The notes beneath the pieces were generated by a model that was given only the letters and a program-made list of their open reading frames with translations, was not told the origin of the DNA and did no database searches. Shown here one piece after another: positions 57,325 through 64,000 of a stretch of 64,000 nucleotides of DNA. Made by a program: the position numbers and the translations under genes. Origin of the DNA: Eukaryota sp. TZLM1-RC (lineage: Eukaryota > Protista > Metamonada: BaSk clade); assembly GCA_040285825.1 (NCBI GenBank), contig JAUPSS010000004.1, positions 2,150,550 through 2,214,549 on the forward strand, given 5' to 3'. Each line of letters starts with the position of its first letter. The stretch's first letter is position 1.

Positions 57325-58026
57325 ATGTCATTTAACATAGCATTCTTAGATGATGTACTTCTTCAATTCAATAGTTTTGATGATAAATCTTTCAAAGCAT
57401 TTCGTCAACTTTGGTCGGCTGTTCATGGACCATCCTTTACTTTGCATCTCCCTCAACCTAAACTTTTCACTCAACAATACAATCCTGTTCAACCTGATGG
57501 TCCTATTGATCTCAATTTCACAGATCCCGAGTACGCACCTATTCAACAGTGTTTTGTTTACATAATAACCAAACACATTGAACCTTTCCTTCACAGTTCA
57601 CCTTCATCCATTACCCCCGCTGTATTCCTCCTTTACTCTCTATACTACACTCAATATCCCCCCATTTCCAGCATCCTGTTCCCTGCCTCTCTTGCCTCTT
57701 CTCTTGTAGAATCATTACATCAATTAATGTTTTCTGATTGTTATATATGCCTTTCTCGACTGTTCCACACTGGAGCCATTGTGCTGTATGATTCTGTATG
57801 TCCTCCTTTTGGTATTGAACATCCTTCTTGTACTCCTTCTCTAGAAGATGTTTCTCAGTTTCCTCTCACTGAAGCCTTACCTGATCATTTTGTTGATTCA
57901 TTGGATGTATTAAGTAGATCATTGGCTAGCGAGTTGGCTGAGAAGGGTATTGAATTAGACCGTAGCTACTCTGATGGTTTTGGTAGTCAATTGAAGGAGG
58001 AAATGATGTCATTTGAGGATGGTTAA
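57325..58026 (+). CDS. SNAPC1 (SNAP43)-like snRNA transcription factor
   Basis: DDVLLQF...SFKAFRQLW and AVFLLYSLYYTQ pattern. Confidence 0.6.
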   Translation: MSFNIAFLDDVLLQFNSFDDKSFKAFRQLWSAVHGPSFTLHLPQPKLFTQQYNPVQPDGPIDLNFTDPEYAPIQQCFVYIITKHIEPFLHSSPSSITPAVFLLYSLYYTQYPPISSILFPASLASSLVESLHQLMFSDCYICLSRLFHTGAIVLYDSVCPPFGIEHPSCTPSLEDVSQFPLTEALPDHFVDSLDVLSRSLASELAEKGIELDRSYSDGFGSQLKEEMMSFEDG

Positions 58027-58044
58027 AGCATCTTGAAGTTTTTT

Positions 58045-60630
58045 TTATTATTAATTTTTTTGGTTTTAAACAATCTTTATTTATTAAAAAACTTATAAAT
58101 CAACATCTAAATAATCCATCTCTCCCAAAACAAAACAACTAGATGCAACTCTCTCATAGTGAGATCCAAGAAAAAACAAAGCATCAGAGACCATCTTAAA
58201 CATCCCCTTAAAAATAGAAAACACAATTCTATTTTGCCAAAACAATCTGTTGAAATTTCTGTTGGTTCTTCTCTTTACAATCATTTCAAAATCTGCCAAA
58301 AAACGTAAGCCGTGGGAGCAAGCGAACCAAATAGAGAAAATACAAAGGGAAAACTCCAAAATCCACACGTTTTTCAAAGATAGAACAAAATCCACACTTG
58401 CAAAACAAAATCCACACACTTTCATAGATTCACAACACAATCCACATTTCCTATGAACATTGATCTTAAACGTCTTAGGAACGATGCAACATTGGTGGCA
58501 ACAGAACATAAGACATTTGAGTCGAGATTGGACTTACAGACCTTCTTACATCAACTTGCACTTCACCACAACAGTAGATGCAGCTGGACATACATTTCCT
58601 CTTGCTTTCGGAGTAGTTGAAAATGAACATTATGATTCTTGGAAATGGTTTATAGAAGAGCTAAAGAAGGTTTTTGATTTGACTGGTATTACTGTCATAT
58701 CTGATCGACAAAAACGACTTATCAAGGCTGTTGGGGAAACGTTGCAAACCTCTGCTCATGCATTTTGTGTAAAGCATCTTGCCGATAATGCCAACGGTAA
58801 AGGTTCTAAAAAGGCCCGACCGTTCATATTCCGATTGGCCAAATGCGGTTCCAAAGTTGAATACGAGAAATTGTTGCGTGAAATGACGTTAGTGAGTCCA
58901 GTTGCTGCAAACTACATCCGTAATACGGCTGAACCACACCATTGGGTTGAATATCAATTTCCAGGGAACAGATGTGGTCATGTTACCAGCAACATAGTTG
59001 AATGTGTAAATGCGTGCATTGCAGAAGCTCGTCAGCTTCCAATTGTACATATGTTTGAATCGATTAGGTCAATGTTGGCGAGATGGTTTATTACGAGAAG
59101 AAAAGAAGCACGAAACTTATCATCAACTATTGTCTGCAGAGCAAATGATATTTTGGAACAGAGACTGTTACAATCTCGAGATTTAAAAGCTGTGGAATTG
59201 GACCAAGCTGAATTTGAAGTGAGAGAGAACGGCATTGTATTTACTGTCAATGTGGATTCCAACGAATGCTCATGTGGAGCTTTTTTCAAGTCTTAATATA
59301 GTTTTTTAATATACTAACTCAACCTCCAATTCCTACACCGCGAGCAGGAAGACCAGGAGTCGTTAGGAAGAGGAGAAGTAATGAACCAAGAGGACCCAAC
59401 AGCCGTAGTGAGAAGTTTACTGATGCAGTTGAACCAGCGCCCAAACAACGACGCAAGTACACATGTAAAGTATGTGGTGTCGAAGGACATAACGCAAGAG
59501 GATGTCCCAACAAAGATAAAGAATAGCTAATAAACAAGATTGTGTGGATATTGATGTTTTTGGAGTTTCTGTGTGGATTGTGAAATCTTTTGATGAAAGT
59601 GTGTGGATTTTGCTCCATTTTGAAGAAAAATGTGGAAAATGAATTTATCCCAAATACAAATGGATATATAATTTGTATTTTACATGCTGTTGGCTGAACA
59701 ATTTGGACAAAGGTTCATTGTATTTTTTGATTTTGAAATTTTCAGCATTTGAAAGAGAATTATGAATTTCATAATTTGTAAGCCTTTCGTTTGAGACATA
59801 ACAAGGATCAACAGACATCACGTCTATTAAAATGAAGGTTCCATCTAATCCAGGTAATTCACCTCTATTATTCCTATGAAAATCATCTTCATTATCAAAC
59901 AGATTTGACAACAGAGGTTCCAAAAAAGAATTCAATTCTATGAGACTTACACATACAATATAATTGGTCTCTTACAGCTTCGTGAACCTTGCTTCTAAAA
60001 GTAATCAAATGTTAACAATTTAACAAATGAGTAATTGTAATTTTTCGAGAGAACATTTACAAGTAGAATTATGAGATAAATTGTCCGGCCAGATAAAGGA
60101 ACGAAATCTTTTATTCAAAGTTTAAACAGAATCATTTATGAGAGTGCCATGAACTTAAAGAATTGTTGTTACTAAGGCAGAAGAAGTACTATCACACATA
60201 TCTTGTAAAAGATTTGCAAAAGAGGGATTCTTTTTCTTGGCCAAGCCAAGTGTAACATCAAAATTCAAGGTTTCAAAAATCTTTGACAATTTTTGTTGAA
60301 GCGTTTTACAGCAAAACTGTAAATTAAAAAGAGATCGTTGGAATTTCTTGAATTGGTTGGGGAAAACATTTGGTCCAAATTTGTGGTGGCAATCTATCGA
60401 GTTCACAAGATAACTCATACAAATATGGACTGCAACTGGGAACTAACAGATGAGAATCTTCAGGAAATCTACCAGAAAATTCACAATTAGAATTCTTGCC
60501 CCCACCCAAAAATGCTGATTGACACAAAATAGAAGATTTACTAAATCCAATACCACCCAAATTTGCTGAAGAAAATAAGTGATTTTTCAACATTCCTGGT
60601 TCTACATCCAATAAATCAGCAAAAAACAAA
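58045..60630 (-). mobile_element. CRE-like non-LTR family D, split by a MULE
   Basis: GGIG, FLEPLL, ILIDVMSVDP and FWQNRIVF. The PFVFSLFGSL motif is restored when the MULE and one TSD are removed. Confidence 0.85.
58347..59651 (+). mobile_element. Mutator-like (MULE) DNA transposon, internally deleted
   Basis: 9-bp TSD AAATACAAA at 58338-58346 and 59652-59660. Imperfect TIRs start with GGGA and contain ATCCACAC repeats. VDAAG.FPLAF, ISDR, FCVKHL, TSNIVEC, SWIM start CSC and CKVCGVEGHNARGC. Confidence 0.95.
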
Positions 60631-60688
60631 TATTAATAAATTTGAATATATATTATCTCTTCTTGATTTGAACATTCTTTATATTTCT

Positions 60689-61249
60689 ATGCGTGCTGTA
60701 GTTAAATCAACTGATATAGTACCCCTGTTATCCAATCAAAGTCTCCTTTCGATCAGAGACCATTTTAGCTCTGAACTTGACTACCTTTTAGTGGTTTATA
60801 AACCATCAACAGACTTTTGGAATGTACGTGATCTATTACCTCATCTCGGTCTTACTGCATATCAAGCCCCACTTTCAGAATTACCTTATCCAATGGAGCG
60901 TGTAATCGATTGCATGGATGTTATTCTTTCTCAGTTTGTTGAGATTGTGTCACAATTTGTGGAGCTTTCTGTCCGTTTAGAGACCTTGATCAACAATATT
61001 TATACATATACGGGAAACTGGCCATCCTCTGGCGCTGTGAATATTGTTATATTCAGCTTGTTTCTTATTTCCCAATCTCCAGATAGGGATATTCACGACA
61101 TACTAGAAACCGTCAATACAATCGTTCAGCGCAGAGGAGTGTTCTCCACGGGGTTGACATCCATTAAACAGTTCAAAATAAGCAGGGTGGTCAAGGCCAT
61201 GCAGGAAAGGTGTGAAAGGACACCTGCGTTATTTAAAGTGGATGATTGA
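60689..61249 (+). CDS. Unknown protein
   Basis: Open frame from the ATG at 60689 with host-like composition. Confidence 0.6.
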   Translation: MRAVVKSTDIVPLLSNQSLLSIRDHFSSELDYLLVVYKPSTDFWNVRDLLPHLGLTAYQAPLSELPYPMERVIDCMDVILSQFVEIVSQFVELSVRLETLINNIYTYTGNWPSSGAVNIVIFSLFLISQSPDRDIHDILETVNTIVQRRGVFSTGLTSIKQFKISRVVKAMQERCERTPALFKVDD

Positions 61250-61368
61250 TACAATCCATTTGGGATACAATTGTAGATTAAAGTTTAAGATATACATAAC
61301 CATATCTAGGTAAAAATCATCAATATTGTAATATTCAAGAATCATTTAAAAAAACACAGTTAAAGTTA

Positions 61369-62127
61369 TTATTTAGATAATTCTACCAAAAATAAGTTGA
61401 AATTTTTTACTAATAAATCAATGGATTTGAAAAGAGTTTTCCTTGACTCTCGATCAACCTGAGTATCGTTAAACAATTTTGAACATAATTGACCAACAAA
61501 ATGATCACTAAATTGACAAATTAATTTAATATTATAACAAAAATAATTACTTATAAACAACAAACAATTATTAGTTTCCAATCTATTTAAAGAAACTTGG
61601 GTACAAAGAAAATCACATCCCAATTGAGAGAAACAAACCCTACTTAAAAGACGACATTTCTGTGGTATATCGAGATCAGAATCATTACAGTTGCTATTTA
61701 CGGAAACAAACTCAAAAGTCTGACAAAAGGACCTCAACCTTGTGATTCCAATGGTTGCTAGTAGTTGTCTCCGCCTATGGTTGGATGTAGATCTCTGGTG
61801 TTGACTACCTTTGACGACTGATAAAGATGAGAGGTCTTTGAGAGCACAAGACCTCGAGTGACACAGACTAAGCAGATATTGATTTGTTTGGTGCTGTTGG
61901 GCCAGAGCTGATCGTAAACCAGAGAGTTGAGTACAATCGTCCTGAAGAGATAATTCCTTCTCAGAAAGTGTATGTTGAAGCAGGGGATAGTCCGTATGGA
62001 TTTTAATATCATCTAGTTTTGTAGAAAGAACAGATGACAAATGATTGGCTTCAATACGAAGAGAAGAGACTTCATGTGCTAGTGAAGCTGTCATTATTTG
62101 ATCTCTCTCAAAAGAAAGTATATCCAT
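61369..62127 (-). CDS. Unknown coiled-coil protein
   Basis: 252-codon ORF with an ATG start. Confidence 0.65.
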   Translation of the reverse strand: MDILSFERDQIMTASLAHEVSSLRIEANHLSSVLSTKLDDIKIHTDYPLLQHTLSEKELSLQDDCTQLSGLRSALAQQHQTNQYLLSLCHSRSCALKDLSSLSVVKGSQHQRSTSNHRRRQLLATIGITRLRSFCQTFEFVSVNSNCNDSDLDIPQKCRLLSRVCFSQLGCDFLCTQVSLNRLETNNCLLFISNYFCYNIKLICQFSDHFVGQLCSKLFNDTQVDRESRKTLFKSIDLLVKNFNLFLVELSK

Positions 62128-62570
62128 GATGAGGTATCCAGATTAACTTAGAGACAATGGATTTGCGTAGTCTAGGCGACTGGCTTCTGTTTGAAGTACC
62201 AGTCTATAAGAAAGAATTGGTGTGCACTTCAAAAATGCTTCAATGCCTTCAACATATGAGAATTTCGTTTTTTAGCAATGTATTCACAATACATGTTTAA
62301 AATGGCAATAACAACTGAAAGCAAAGGTTTGATAAGGTATCGTGTTGTCAAACATTATCGGTTGTCCTTCATTATTCACCAAGAGAAACTCCTAATAAAA
62401 GCTTGTTGTGTGGTACTTCTCTCCATAAAAGTGAAAACAATGAATCATGTGTTCTATTGGTAATTTGAAAGTGCATTTAGTGAAAACCATTTCTTTTAAA
62501 AACAAACCTAGGTAATTTACTATTAAAACCGACATTTCATATACACAAACTCCAAAAATTACACTTATAA

Positions 62571-63296
62571 TCAACAAGAGCAACCTGAATTTCCGCGACC
62601 TTCTTCCAATGACATCAAAGAAGTGTCTTCAGAAACTTCTTCTACCCCGCTGTTGACATAATCTTCTACAATGGTCTTGAATAATTCTGGAATATCTGCT
62701 CCCGTTTTGGCAGAGGTTTCAAACATTTTTGCGGACACTTCTTCAGCAATTTGGGTGACAGCAGACTTCGGGACGGCACGAGTGTGTCCTTCGTCAAGAA
62801 GATCTACTTTAGTGGCGCAAATGTAGACTGCACAATTGGGTTCATTTGCTTGAAGCTGGTTAATCCAAAAGAGCGTTCTGTCAAATGTGCTCTTATCTGT
62901 GATATCATAACAAACGATGGCAGCTCTGGCTCCTCTGTAGTAAATGCGTGACATGGCTTCGAAGCGCTCGCTACCTGCTGTGTCCCAAATCTAGAGTAAG
63001 TAAGATAGAAGCTCATACTCCTAAACGGAGTGTACGGTCGCCTACGGTAACAGCTTTGGCAGCAAAAGCTGCGCCAATCGTCTGTGATAAGAGAGGTTGT
63101 GAAACAAACAAGTTCATAGTCTCCATCGAACTTTTCATTAATGAAGCGACCAACCAAACAAGTTTTGCCGACTGCGGCACTGCATGAGGTGAAAAGAAGA
63201 AAAGAAGAATATACCTTTAAATTAGAAGGATTAAGAAAGGTATATACCTAAAAGAACTACTTTAAGATCGACTTTTTGAGATTGAGAAGAGGCCAT
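62571..63296 (-). CDS. RAB24: Rab24-like small GTPase with several small introns
   Basis: DLKVVLLG, VGKT, TIGAAF, WDTAGSERFEAMSRIYYRGA, TKVDL, ETSAK and a CSC terminus. Confidence 0.9.
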
Positions 63297-63339
63297 TGAA
63301 AGCTGGCTTGGATGTTTGGGGTGATTTGAGAAAGTCTGT

Positions 63340-64000
63340 TTTTCTTATTTTCGATTTTTACTTTAACAAACTGCGGGTTAAAATCTTTTTCTTCATTAGA
63401 AGTAAATGAATCTTTGATTCGAAGTCATTTATTTTGTTCTGATAATTTGAGTAGAATTGGTTTCACGAAATCTTGGATTTTGTGTTAAGCAGCGCTTTTA
63501 GGTGATGGTAAGAATTTAGTTCAAGAAATTCCCAACCGATGACTCCCAAATTTACGTTTTTACCTGAAAAAGCTTCGGCACCATTTGGTTAAATTATATG
63601 AAAGCTTGGATTATGAAGTAAGACTTGGCCTGACCAGAACTGAAAATCCCACTTTCGGAAATTTGTTAAAAGACATTCGTAATAGTTCTGCTGCTGCTTT
63701 AGTAACTCAAATTTCCCATGTTTATGGACTTTTGTTAAAAAAACAATGAATGGCTTTTAAACATGGGTTTTCGTTGTTTTCTATGGCCAAACAATTTGCC
63801 CTATCATTTAACATGTAAATGTGGTGAACCCCTTTCGTCTACTCATTTTTTGAAACTGTAAACATTTTATTACATTTAAAAGTAAAGTGCATAATAATGT
63901 CAGGGACCAAATTTATGTAATGTGCAAAACATATCGAGCAACTTCCTTTTTAGAGCCTTTGCTATCAAAATTAATTCTGGATGACCCCATTAATGATTGT
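63340..64000 (+). mobile_element. CRE-like family A fragment, runs off the window
   Basis: Reverse complement of about 18320-19100, with deletions. Confidence 0.88.

Overview
AT-rich eukaryotic DNA, most likely from a flagellated protist (BBS5 and a TPGS1-like gene are present, introns are only 27-35 nt, and 5' regions are very short). About 20 host genes sit in small clusters: xanthine dehydrogenase, a NudC-type Nudix hydrolase, a methyltransferase, TSR3, a COMMD7-like gene, PDI, POLE3/DPB4-like, RPL10A, a Tom40-like beta-barrel, an EDC4-like pair, a divergent H2A, BBS5, FCF1, SNAPC1-like and RAB24. The clusters are separated by mosaics of decayed mobile DNA: at least five families of RLE-type non-LTR retrotransposons, a MULE with TIRs and a 9-bp TSD, a hAT remnant, and four families (A-D) of Fanzor/TnpB-like RuvC elements, none with a linked transposase. 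Two Fanzor patterns stand out. (1) Both long family-A copies have the same layout: an 11- or 13-bp direct repeat, about 490 bp of a different captured host-gene fragment, a conserved 5' region, the Fanzor ORF, about 240 nt of structured non-coding tail ending in CACAG, and then the repeat again. One such unit visibly splits an older family-B remnant, which shows that the cargo moved with it. (2) Both family-C copies end in the same short motif that runs directly into the ATG of an unrelated intact host gene. A solo family-A tail (candidate omegaRNA locus) is also present. All protein assignments come from motif recognition by eye, not from database searches, and the boundaries of decayed elements are approximate.
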